This document shows, piece after piece, positions 16,682 to 28,600 of a DNA stretch of 45,253 nt (positions are counted from its first letter, which is position 1; every line of letters starts with the position of its first letter). Under the pieces are notes generated by a model. The model did no database searches, had not been told where the DNA came from, and was given only the letters and a program-made list of their open reading frames with translations. A program made the position numbers and the translations under genes. Origin of the DNA: a virus (taxonomy: Duplodnaviria > Caudoviricetes); the IMG/VR virus record IMGVR_UViG_3300005300_000013, positions 1 to 45,253 of that record. The stretch is one strand, 5' to 3'.

Positions 16682-17680
16682 ATGATAGAATGGGACGATT
16701 TCGTTGAAGAAACCATAAAACAAGATATGTCTACAGTCGGGACAACCAAAAAGCGCAGCATTATCGGATACATAGGCGGGAAATTCTACCAAGCCCCAGC
16801 AATAATTTCTTTGTTTCCACCACATGACATCTATGTTGAACCGTTTTTCGGCGCTGGACATGTTTTCTTCCAAAAATCACCTGTTCCCCTTGAAATCATA
16901 AACGACTTATACCGAATACTGTTTTGCTTCTACAAAGTCCTACAAGAACCAAACCTATTCAATCGTTTCGTGAAGCGTGTTTGGATGTCCACTTCGCACG
17001 AGTGGTTATTTCTTGAGTTGGTGGAAAAGATGGATGTGTATATAGAACAATGTAACTCCTTTAGTTCGCCGGAGGAAATGATGGCGAACCTTACTGATGG
17101 GGATTTAGTGGATATTGCAGTCACATTTTTCCTTTGGAACAGCATGACGCCAGATGGCGGCACTTATCCACAATCGAGGGTTTTCCCGATACAACGCTCC
17201 ACAAGACCAACCAAATTTACCGACCATAGATTATCCATACTGTATTACATGCACAAGAGGCTTAAAAACGCAAGAATTTACTGTAGAGATTACAAAGATA
17301 TAATACTGGAGTATAACTTTCCCGAAGCGTTAATTTACTTAGACCCGCCTTATGTTCACGAAACGAGGGAAAACACGAGATATTACATAAAAGAATTCTC
17401 CAACAAAGAACACGAGGAAATGGTTGACATAATCAAGGATATGAGGGCGAAGATAGCGTTGTCGGGTTACGACAACGAAATTTACAGAAGGCTTGAGGAG
17501 CATGGGTGGAAAAAGGTAAGCATAGGCACTTATTCTAAGCGCCAGAGGAAGAAGGAAATGGGAGAAAAGTCTTTTCAAGCGGAAGAGTTTGTTTGGATTA
17601 ATTACCCACTATCGCTTCTCCGCCAATCCCACGGCGTTGTTGACAAAACTGGGCTTTTTGCCTCTGAAGACGGTGACTGA
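16682..17680 (+). CDS. DNA N6-adenine methyltransferase (Dam/D12 class)
   Basis: YIGGK, YVEPFFGAG, IIND and YLDPPY motifs; ATG 16682 after AGGTGG preferred over GTG 16589. Confidence 0.92.
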   Translation: MIEWDDFVEETIKQDMSTVGTTKKRSIIGYIGGKFYQAPAIISLFPPHDIYVEPFFGAGHVFFQKSPVPLEIINDLYRILFCFYKVLQEPNLFNRFVKRVWMSTSHEWLFLELVEKMDVYIEQCNSFSSPEEMMANLTDGDLVDIAVTFFLWNSMTPDGGTYPQSRVFPIQRSTRPTKFTDHRLSILYYMHKRLKNARIYCRDYKDIILEYNFPEALIYLDPPYVHETRENTRYYIKEFSNKEHEEMVDIIKDMRAKIALSGYDNEIYRRLEEHGWKKVSIGTYSKRQRKKEMGEKSFQAEEFVWINYPLSLLRQSHGVVDKTGLFASEDGD

Positions 17681-18271
17681 ACTGCCGCCATCCAACCGCA
17701 AGAAAGCACTGTATTTGCCCCGCAGTTGTGCCGCTAAATCGTAAGGTTTCACTTTGTAAGAAACTCCAACCGTAATAGTTCTCCTGTCCTTGTGAACTAA
17801 GATGAAGGAGTATTTTGTGTGGTTGATGATGTAGTTGGAGAGGCTTTCCTTTTTACCAACATTCTTCACCACTTCCCCGTCAAGCAAAAACAGCCCCCCA
17901 CCAGTTATAGCCCACCTTATTTGTTTCAGAAACTTCTCGTCCACACGAATGCCCCGCATGTTTTCGGGAATGTGATTGTAATTCATGGGAGATTTTGAAA
18001 AATAAAGTTTGCCCTCTATGACTTTGAAATACCCGCTTAAAACATTGCCGCTAACCAGACACACAATCCCCCCACGGACTTTCGTGCTGTGTATAGGAAA
18101 CTCTCCGAGTTTTTTGCCGTCAACAACCAAGAAACCAGCCAAATACCCAGTCTTTCTATCAAAAAATGTCCCGTTGACACCCGCCGCGAATTTGACTTCC
18201 GTATTGTGCGGCGGTTTTGAGGTCGCAAATGTGAGGGCAAGAGCCAAAGCAGTGAAAATTTTAGAAAACAT
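17609..18271 (-). CDS. Secreted phosphodiester glycosidase-like protein (NAGPA/DUF2233)
   Basis: Signal-peptide-like N-terminus; VNGTFFD, AITGGGLFL, LDGGSS and VNNAV motifs. Confidence 0.75.
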   Translation of the reverse strand: MFSKIFTALALALTFATSKPPHNTEVKFAAGVNGTFFDRKTGYLAGFLVVDGKKLGEFPIHSTKVRGGIVCLVSGNVLSGYFKVIEGKLYFSKSPMNYNHIPENMRGIRVDEKFLKQIRWAITGGGLFLLDGEVVKNVGKKESLSNYIINHTKYSFILVHKDRRTITVGVSYKVKPYDLAAQLRGKYSAFLRLDGGSSVTVFRGKKPSFVNNAVGLAEKR

Positions 18272-18292
18272 TTGACATCCCCCAAGAAAGTA

Positions 18293-19687
18293 TCAAATTC
18301 GCAACCAAGGAACTAACTTACCTGGAGGTTCTAAATCTTTGTTCACGCCTGCTAAAGCATCTCTCTCTTGGGGTGTGATGTTTCCTGCAACCTTCCACTT
18401 AACAAACCTTGGAAACCATTCCTGAAAGTCCTTTATGCCGTCAGCAATCCTTGCTTGTTTTGACGGTATCTTCAACTGCTTTACTGTCGTGACCACCCTT
18501 TCCCAAGCCACCTCAGCAACCTCATCACACGCCACAACTTCTGCTATGATACCGTTAACTCCTGCACAAACAATCCTTCCATTTTCGTCAAGCATTGCGT
18601 CACACGGATATATCTTTGCTGGAAAGTTGCCTTCAAAGGACAAAGGCATTCCTTCCAGCGGAGAATAAACTTTCCTCATTAATGCTTTGTCAGGACTTTC
18701 AAAAGGATACGGCGGAAGAGACACCTCTGCTGCTACACCGAATTGTGATGTGTTCACGGGTAATATTATGTCACTTTCTGCTGAAAATGTTAAGTGAAAC
18801 AGTTGCCCCCAATCTGGAAATAGTTCCCACAAACAATAATAAGCATTATAACCAAACCTTGGTGTCCACTCCAAAACATATAACTGATGCGTTGTTTCTT
18901 CTACTATTATGTTAGCCGAAATCGGACCCGTCCACTTTATCCTTTTCATCAACGGTTGTATCTGCCTGAGTAACTCCCATGTCCTTGTTTGCTCGTTAGA
19001 CCACCAAACCACGGATGTCATGCAACCAACGATTGGACCCATGTCGTCTGGGTAAAAGAACTTAGTTTCTATGTCGTAGTTTGGCGGTCCAATCATGTTT
19101 CCGTTGTGCCACCAAACTTCAACATCTATGTTTCTACCCACAATATACTTCTGGACATCAATCTCTGTTGAAGTCAACCCGCTCATCTTTGACCAATACT
19201 CCAAGACCTCTATTGCATCTTCTACCCCGTAGGAAACATAGACGGCAATCTTGTTGTCGTGGGGTTTCAGGACATATCTATCCGGGTGCTCCCTCACGAA
19301 CTCAAGCGCTGCTTGTGGGTTGGGGAATGTTTGTGTTGGCGGCGTCTTCAGACCAGCCCGTTCTGCAAACTGCCTACCGAACTCCCTATCCTTCTCCAAT
19401 TTATCTGCGAACTTACCCCCACCGAAAACCCTCCAACCTTCCCTGCGAAGCATGTCGGCAACTTCCCCGTGACCAATATTGTCCCAAACCACAATCCATT
19501 CCCTGTATCTGTCTTTGCTCAAAACTTCACGCCAATCATCAACCTTATCGCACAACCCGTCACCAACATGTTTTATTTCTTCGTTGGCAACATACACGAC
19601 TGCCTCGTGCCCGAACTCTTTGAGCAGAGGCGCAATGTTCCAGCCCCAACCCTCTGTGCTGTAAATCAGGAATTTACCGTTCATCAT
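18293..19687 (-). CDS. Divergent PurD/GARS-like ATP-grasp ligase
   Basis: LEKDREFG, VLKP, QKYI-x-G, D-x-GPIVGCM and LEWTPRFG correspond to PurD LEGSK-x-F, VVK, EE-x-L-x-G, D-x-GPNTGGM and EFN-x-RFG. Confidence 0.8.
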   Translation of the reverse strand: MMNGKFLIYSTEGWGWNIAPLLKEFGHEAVVYVANEEIKHVGDGLCDKVDDWREVLSKDRYREWIVVWDNIGHGEVADMLRREGWRVFGGGKFADKLEKDREFGRQFAERAGLKTPPTQTFPNPQAALEFVREHPDRYVLKPHDNKIAVYVSYGVEDAIEVLEYWSKMSGLTSTEIDVQKYIVGRNIDVEVWWHNGNMIGPPNYDIETKFFYPDDMGPIVGCMTSVVWWSNEQTRTWELLRQIQPLMKRIKWTGPISANIIVEETTHQLYVLEWTPRFGYNAYYCLWELFPDWGQLFHLTFSAESDIILPVNTSQFGVAAEVSLPPYPFESPDKALMRKVYSPLEGMPLSFEGNFPAKIYPCDAMLDENGRIVCAGVNGIIAEVVACDEVAEVAWERVVTTVKQLKIPSKQARIADGIKDFQEWFPRFVKWKVAGNITPQERDALAGVNKDLEPPGKLVPWLRI

Positions 19688-22600
19688 TCGCCCCTCCTTC
19701 CCACTCCGAGTTTTTGACCACGCAAGACCTTTTTAGCCGCTTCTTGTTCACGCAATCGGACAATATGCCTATTCATGAATTCTCTAAGGTTATGCTCGTT
19801 GCTTTGTTCCAAAATGCTCACAAGAGCCGAGACAACCTCGGGTCTGACACCGTAGGACGCAAGGGCGGCAGACAAAATGTTCAAATCTTTGTATTGCTTG
19901 TGCCAATCAGGTTTAGTAGAACCTTGAACCCACCTATCCATTATGTCGTTGTAGCCCCACATGACGCTCAACCAAGCAAAGTCAATAGGGTTACTTGCTA
20001 CATATGTTATGAACTTTTCTTCTGAAGGCGCTTTCAATGTGTTGAACAGTTTCCTTACAGAGACGACAACCGGATGGTTTTCTGATACATAATGCGGTAT
20101 GACTTGGAACCTTGAGGGCTCGGAAATTGACAGGTAGAAAGCAGGGTCAATTAAATGTTTCAGCGCAGTTAAAGTCGGTCCAATCCTGACAGTCCTTGCA
20201 ACACGCATCAACTCAGAAACATATGCGGGTATTGTTGAGCGTTCCGTTGCGTCAATGAACCTAAACGCCATCTGCTGCGGGTTTCTTTCGCCGCTCCTGA
20301 ACGCGTAATCTGCAGGTCCGGGAGAGAGCAATTCGCTGTATCCGTGGGGCGACGGTATGCCAAACATCGCTTGTGTTGCCCTTGCTGCAACAGGTCTCCC
20401 TGCCATCGTTGTGGTCACTTCGACAGGAACGGGCATCTCTTCACCCATAGTCAAAGCCCTTGTCGCTGGCGCAATCATTCCCACCGGAACAGAACCCAAC
20501 TGCGGGAACCTGAGTGAAGCAAGCAACAAGGTAATTTGCGCCAAATCAGTAGCGATGCTCCAAATTTGTTCTCTCGGAGAACTCACAAGCATGGCGTCAA
20601 GAACAGATTGCAACCTATTAGTTTCCTCACCCTCTTCAGCGCCAGCCATGTATCCCAGCGACGAAAGAGTGTTAACTACTGTAGAAAGAACCCTATATCC
20701 AAGTTGAAGCGCTGGTGGCAAGTCCCTTTCCGTGACAGTTCCCAACAGCGTCTTCTTCAACAACATAGACCGCAACGGCAACAGGTTCAAAGCATAGGAA
20801 GCAAGGAAGGTGACGGGTTTGGGTAGTGCCGATTTGGTGATTTCCATTGACATGGACATGGCAGCGTCAGCCAAATTCTTTTCCTCTTCTTCTCTGGAGT
20901 AAACTCCCAGCGGTTGTTCTTCCAACGGTCTTTGCGTCAACCCAACCAAACTACCGTTCATTATTGCAGCACCAAGTTGTAACAAGACCAAGGCAGAGAT
21001 ACCTGCCGCTATGTCCGCAGCCCTATCTTTCAAACTCAAGTCCTTTCTCGTCATGCCGTCCCAAATATCTCCCAACATAATCCTTACTTGTTCTGATGCA
21101 GCAAAGGTGTAGACGAGGAACTGGGAGAAAACCTGTGGCATAAATAGAACTTTTCGCCAGACGCTACCTTCTCCGCCCCTGAACAATGCAGGTCTGTATC
21201 CTTCAAGCGGCGTAGAGTGAACCCTTTCGCTCAAAGCAGACGAATAATGTAAGGCGCCCGGCAGGTCTTTGACATCAAACTGACCCGTGACATCGTTGTG
21301 TGCAACATATGCAGCGACAGCGGCAAGTTTCGTCGCCAACACTGCTGCTTCATCCATTAACCGCAAAGCCGCGAAGCCCCACTTTGTGATGTTGCGCCAA
21401 GCACGGTTGAGGAAATTGGGGTCTGCTCCAAGTATGTAAATTTCTTGCAACATACTCAGAGCCTTTTGTTTGTCGGCAGCACTTGCAGCAGGGTCAAGTA
21501 AGATATTCATAGCCTCTTGACCCCTTGGATGTGACATCATATCTTCAATAACAGCCCTTGCGTCAGCCAAAAATTCCCGCTCTGTCACCATTCGCCTTGA
21601 CCACAACTCCGGAGAATTTTCCAGAACAACACGCTCGAAGTCGTTAAGACCTGACAAATCCCCACGCATCGTATCCAAAATAATCTTAACTGCCCGTGGG
21701 AAGAACAGTGTCGGCAGTATTGCTGCAAACATGTCGCCAAAATCACGGTATAACGCCGCTCCAGCATAAATAAGGGCGCCAACCTGACGCAAAGGCGAAC
21801 GGATTTGCCATATCAGCGTCTGAGTTTGATATGCACCGAGAAGGCGCTCAAAAACACCCCGTCTTCTCTCCGACAAACCACCCATAACAGCCTTGTGATA
21901 TTCACCCACGGCGCTGAACATATCTTGTATCGCTGACGCCACGCTTTCACCGACCTCAAAGTTCAACGGAACCCTCGGAGAACCAGATACACGCAAAGGA
22001 GCAAGTGCGTTTGCTAACTGATATGCCATTAGTTGTTTGAACGGCGGCGGCATGAAACCGATAACACCTTCAATGAGTGGTCGGTGTTTGTCCAAAACCT
22101 GTTTCGTTGTAAAGGCAAACAACGAGCGTCGCATAAAGTCCCTGAAGTCAGGTGCAGGAACACGACCTCTGCCAGTCCTTCGGAACTGGAACCTTTGCCT
22201 TGGAGCCCTTTGAGGCAACCGCTCAAACGAATGAGTGATAAGTTTGACTACAGCGTTCCAAGGCTCTAATGTCTCGTCTCCCCACTGAGGGACATATCGC
22301 TCTTCTGTAAGGGCGAAACTCGGTGGCAACCCGAGCAACAAATCCCCCAAATACGCTTTCATTGAGTGCGTTTTAACGAGGTAATTCAACAAGACGACAT
22401 AAGACCACGCAAGTTTCTCCAATTCATCCCTCAACCTACCAACCTCAGGTGGGACTGGAGAAGACGGGTCAAATATTTCGGCGTGGTTCAGGTCAACCAA
22501 TCTCTTGGAGAATATGTCGGACATTGAAGACACTCTTTCGGTTGGGTCAATGTCTCTGTGTGAGTTTGTGTAAAGCGTGAACAGAATTCTGTTAAAATCA

Positions 22601-25600
22601 GCGTTCAAGTCCTCAAACTTGATGTGTGACGCCTTGGCAAGTTCGTTCAACACACCAACAATCCTCTTTTCAAAGACATCAAATAGTTGCATGGGTGTTA
22701 GTCTGCCTGACGCAAGCAACCTTTCAAGGTTTGCCACGACATCAAGGTTTACGACTTCGTCAGGGAATGTAGATGTAGCAACAGAGAACGCCTCTTGGTT
22801 GAAGGGCTCTTTGAACAGTTTTACGACTTCAGCACGCATGTCTGCCTCGAGAGCCAAGAACGGATAACCGAGAGTAGTAGCCAATCTCTTTCCCTTCACG
22901 CCTTTCAGCAAAGGAGTGTATCTTGTGTGGATTAACTCAGCCATAACTTTCCCAACAACCTTCTGAGCCTCCTCTAAGGCGTCCCTAACCCTCTTCCACA
23001 CATTTTGTGGGGTTAAACCTTTGGTTTCCTTGATTGTCTTCTCTGTAATTTCCCTAACGCTTGACATCGCCCTATCAACATCCTCTAACACACGGGCGCT
23101 TATCCCAGCGCTTCGCAATCCGTTCCAGACCCTATCAATTTCACTGACAATCTCGTTTGCGTCTATCCCCAGAGGTTGCAGCAACTGTTGTGCGTAAGGC
23201 AACGAAAGTATGTGCTGCAAGTATCGCAAGTTCATCAAGTATGCCGCTTGAACTTCCCCATATGTTGTCATCGCCGCAGCCAAATGCGGCTCTTTTGCTG
23301 GCAACAACAGACCCCTTGCTACTGGCAAAAGATACGACGAAACGAACCTTATTGCCTGTGTATCCTCATCAGTTGCGTGAGCCATCAATCCGGCGTAAAT
23401 TCGCCGTTTCAACTCAGCCAAGTGATTGTCTCTGATTTTTGTCAACATGTCTTTGAATTTTTTCGGCGTTGCGTTGAACAGTGCGTTCATGTCCTCTTGT
23501 GAAACAAATCCACGCAGACCCAACTCCAACACCTGTCGCAATGTCATGTCGTCCAAAGCGACCCTTTGACCCCCGACATTGATTGTCGCCGTGTCTGTCG
23601 TGAGTGAAAACCTTGTGGGCTGACCTGTCATGGGGTCGTTAACGATTGCACTTGCCAAGCGAATTGGGGAGCGTTTGTAGAACTCTCTAAATGGTTTGTC
23701 AAGTGCCTCTATTCCGTGTTTGCTCAAGAGCGACAGCGCTTTCAACACTGCAAGGTTCAAAACAACAGCATCGCTTCTTGCTGGGTCTTGTAGGAATTTG
23801 GGCAATGCGTGTCTTGTTATAAGGTAGGTTTCAGTTGCGTGTGCCAAGTTACTGATGTGTGCACCTAACACTGCACCCTGCCCCAATATTGCCTGAGCAA
23901 ACGAGAAGTTGATGAGTTGTTCGGCAAGTTCCCTTGAAGGTCTGCCCGAGCCGGGGAAAGTTCCCTGATATGTCAATTTTGATATGTGGTTGACCAAGAA
24001 AGGCAATGTCGCAATGTCAAAAGCGTCGTGAGGAGACATAAGCGGCAGTATTGCTGCCGCCAAACCAGCCGCTGTATCACCCAATTGCGTCCTTATCTTA
24101 TTTACAATCTCTGTTGACAGTTGTGAGTAAATTTGGTTCAATCTTGGAATGTGAGTTCGCATCCAGTTGGAAACGCCGATAAGTATGCCTGAAAGAACTT
24201 TAGATATACTTGTTCTCTTTTTGGCAAGGGCATACGACAAAACACCCGCAGCAATTCCAGCGACCCACATAGGGTCTGTCATAGCCAAGTGAACCATCTG
24301 GGCAACACCACGCCCAATATCGGCGGCAAGCGCTGGAAACACCCTTGTTGCAAGTTCTGGCAACGCCGGTATGGCAGCAGCCAATGTTCCAACAAGGGAG
24401 AGACCAACCAAGAACCGTGTCAATGCCCCGCCCTTTTGTCTTCTGTGCAGGAAAGACAAGTTTACTTCATCGCCCTCAGATATAGTCACAAGTTTTTCAA
24501 AAGAGGAGAAGATTGCGTCGCGGGCTTGTTTCGGTATCATTGCCATTGTTTCCTCTAATCTCCTACCGAGTGTGTTCATTATGTAGTGTGTGCTCAAGAT
24601 GTCAAGTATCTCTATCATCTGGGGCAATTGCTGAACTTCTGGGGATAGATGACGAATTCCGGGTCTGGTCATATCCCTATCTAAGAGTTCAGCCAACAAA
24701 GCATCAGCCTTAGATATTTCCCTATCCCAATATTCCACTGGCTTCATCTGTGGGTTTTCCTCTGCTTGCTTTCTATACTGTTGCAGTTGCTCCAGAAGTC
24801 TTGAGTAGTGTTCGGCAACGCGCAATAGAAAGTCAGGAGTTTGACCAGACAAATCCTTTCCAGTTAGTTTCTGATAACGCTTTATAGCACCTTGTAAGTC
24901 CATGCCAACCAAGAAACTTTCGTAATAGCCCTCCCCTAAAGATTGTATGGCAATGTTTATTATGTCCTTGTCAACCTCACCTACTTCGTCCATATCCCTT
25001 ATTTCACGCAACAAATCCAAAATTCGCTTCTTGGCTTTGGGGTTCAACGGTGGAATTTCTTCGGTGTGGGTTGACAAGATTTCAACCAAAGTATCAATCG
25101 TATAGGCGACATTCCTAAATTGTCTCTTTTCCAGTTCATAAAACTGTTGCAAAACCCCAAAGGCTTTGGGAATGTCCCGAAGTGCTGCCATTAGTTGTTC
25201 TGAAAGTGCCCTGACGAGCAATGAATACTCTCTGGCTTCCTCTTCTGTCAATGTGACTTCCCCTGCGTCCTCACGCTTAGCATATCTTTCGGAGAGTTCT
25301 CTGAACTGTTCGTCAAAGTATCGCAAAACAGCATCGTAAGGTGCGACAAGAGCCTGTATGGCAACTCGTTTCTTATCAAAATCTCCAACCACATCCAATC
25401 GGTTTAGTATACTCTCCATGCCCCTTGAAACGGCAAACATTAGATGCTTGTAAACCGTCTCTGGTTTACGCAAACCCCTGCCCAACTCGCCGCTCAAGTT
25501 ACGGTATACCAAACCGTAAGACTTAAATATTTCCGTTGCAAGACCAAAAAGTTCTGGCGTCAGATATCGCATCCTGCTTAGCGTCGTCACATCCGCCATT

Positions 25601-28600
25601 CGTCCTCTAAATACATCGTCTATGTCTCTGGAAGTCCTTGCAAGTTTGGACATCCTCAATACTGCGTTCTTGAAGGTGGTCTCTCCCAATTCGTTGAACA
25701 AATCCATCAATTTGTCTATCCGTATTAATTGGACATCCTCAACCCTTTGACCACGGGCGAGTCTTTCCCGAATTTCACCCGTCAATTCTTCAAAAACGCC
25801 CTTTGATAACTCAGCAGCCTTCCGCTTCTGTTGTGTGCTTATGAAACCGTGTCTATACAAATCATCAACAACCACACCTATAGCCCGGTATATACTGCTC
25901 AATTTGGCAAGTGGGTCTAATCTACCCTCCCGTTCTCCATATTCAGACAAACTTTTCATCTCCGAATAGTGCCACAATGCGTCAATGAATTCCGCAACAT
26001 GTCTCCAGTTTATGTCTTCAGGGTTGAGCCAATCTGCGCTCCTGAAAGCGGAAGTAACTCTGTTCATAAATTCTCTGTGTGGAACGGGCGGTTTTACATT
26101 CAGTGCCGCCGTGAAATCTCTATGCTCTCCCAACTCACCAATTAATATTTCCCTCCACGATGGTTCGATGAAAAGTGTTTCTCTCCACGCCTGCTTTGTT
26201 TCGCCAAATCTTGGATGTTCCTGCAAGAATTTGTCAAAAGTTTTGTAAACAACAAGGAACTTGAACAGTCCCTTTACATCTTCAAGTATCTCTGGCTCCA
26301 AAGAAACAAGAAGTGATACTAACGGGAACTGTTCTTTGAGCACACCCAGAACTTGCCTACCATTGAATTCCTCAAATGCAGAGAACAAATCAAACGGAGA
26401 ACCGCTTTTGACATGGGCTATATACTTATCAGCCACACGAAATGCTTGATTTCTTACCAAGTCAAAAATGACACTTGCTGCCTCGGATTTGACACCCTCA
26501 AATTCAGGTTTGGACATTTCTGCCAAAGCCGAACTTTGCCACGGTTCCCCAAACTCCTGCAATCCCCTTCTTTCCCCCAATGCTTGTTCAAGCCTTCTTT
26601 GGAATTTAGTTTTCATTACTGTAGACAACCTTTCGGAGAACCTTCTGGCAAAAGCATCGTGGATTTCAGGGACTTGTTTTGTCAAGATGTCCGCAAACTC
26701 AGGGAAGTGTCTTGTTGTAACCGGCGATGAAATGTATTGCGACATTCGCTCGTGTAAAACAGCAAGGAATAAACTTGGACTTTCGGAAGTGATGCGGTAT
26801 GTTTCATCTAAATCAATCACCCCTCTGAAAACACTTGGGAATGTATCTGGCGGCTGCATAGACATGATATCAAAATATGTGCCTTCTTTCAACAGACCAG
26901 CCTCAGCCCGTTTCCTCTTCCAAAAACCAAAAGCCTCACCAACAGCATTCCTGAAACCAGCGAAGAGTGGAACTATGTTCGCTGGGACTTTTGAAAGGTA
27001 GAGGGCATCTGGGACTGTAGTAGTTTCCACTATCCTTGAAATCTCTTCACGCCATCTATCAACCGGCTCAATTGCTGGTCTTTCAACGGAACTTGCCTCA
27101 ATGTAGTTTCTAACAAGCATGGCAAACATCTGACCGAACGGGTTAATCTTGCTTTCCGGAACGGGGTTAATCTTGCGATACTTTCCAGCGAAATCCTCTG
27201 TCGCTTTTTCAATCATGCTGTGGTCGTTCAGCGTGTAAATTTGATTGACGAACTCATCCCATGCCCCTCCAAAATTAGCCAGAAGGACATCAAATGCCCC
27301 CGGTGTAATATGTGGTATCCCTGAACTGTCAGCCATGACTGATGTTGACCTGAACGGAGAAACCCTCAGTCGGTTTGTAAGGGAAATGTTCAGTGCGTTT
27401 ATATTTTCAACGACGCTTCTTGATATGTTCTTGCCGTAGGCAAATGTAAAGAAGTCAACCACTATCGCATTTGCAAAGTTCCTTCTGTATGCTTCCCGCT
27501 CCTTTTCCGTGAGTTTTCTCCCGAAAACATTTGCTTCCTCCATCTTTGTTAACAGGTCATCTGCGTAAGCGATTGCTGTGCCTTCCACAGTATCAAAGAA
27601 TTTCCTGAATATCAGGGAAACGACACGCTCTTCCGTCCACTCTTTGGGGGCACCGAAGTTATCCAAAAACCTTTTCACACGCATTAAATCCGGTTGTGTC
27701 AGTATTTCCTCTAAAAGACCCCAGAACGAACCTGTAACCGCAGCCAAAGAATGATACAGGTTTCTACCCCAACCCTTAGTCCCTTCAGTCAAAAATTGCA
27801 TGGCGTCTCTAATGGGAGTGATTTTGTCCATATTGGCGAAGAGCATCACGATTTCCCGCGAAAGGTGTGTTGACAACCTGACAATATCGCTGAAGTTTTC
27901 GTTTTGAACGATAAATGCGCCCATGGGGTCTTCAGCCGACTTTTGCGAAGCAATTCCCAACACGACATCAAGGTAACTGGCATCTATTGGCGTTTCGGAA
28001 ACAAAGTTTGAAAGGAAATCATGGAATGTCGTGGTTACAACTTGACCTTCCCTTGCAACACGAGTTTGCATCCTTTTCATGAATTCGTTAACTAACTTGA
28101 CAAACTCTTCTCCTTTGGGCGCGGTCTCTATGTCTGTTTGAACCTGACTTGCTATTTGAATAAGCCTTTCAATTTCCTCTTGTGTAAACTTGGCAAATTT
28201 TCTCGGTGATGTTACACTTGCAATTATTAAATCCCTCTCTGCTTTCGCCAAAGAAACTTCCTTTTCCACTTTGGATATAGGCTCAAATGCCTTAGAAACG
28301 ATGTCCCAATATTTTTCTATGGTCGGTCTCTCTGATAAAGCAACCGCCTCAACCTCAGACAATTCAGGAGCAAACCTACCCGGCGCAATGTTGCCCCAAA
28401 TAGCCTTCGTCACTCCGTCATTTATAATCGCTTCAATTATATCCGGATAGGGATTTACAATTCTCGTGAATGTATCGCCCAGTAAACTACTAACCAAGAA
28501 AACAGCCCGTGTTATATCATTGGGGTTGCTTACCAAATCTCCAAATTCCACCTTAACAGTATGGACGGCGCTGTCAAACATCTCCGCCGTCATTTGTGCA

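Noticed and set aside
18181-18214. CCGCCGC...GCGGCGG hairpin as a terminator
   Set aside because: 7-bp arms with a 20-nt loop inside a coding region; probably chance
18293-19687. Assigning gene symbol purD
   Set aside because: Substrate-binding motifs are altered and no other pur gene is present
22580-22610. NADFNR in the giant protein as an RNA polymerase NADFDGD motif
   Set aside because: The catalytic DxDGD aspartates are missing and no other polymerase motif was seen; a virion RNA polymerase is unsupported
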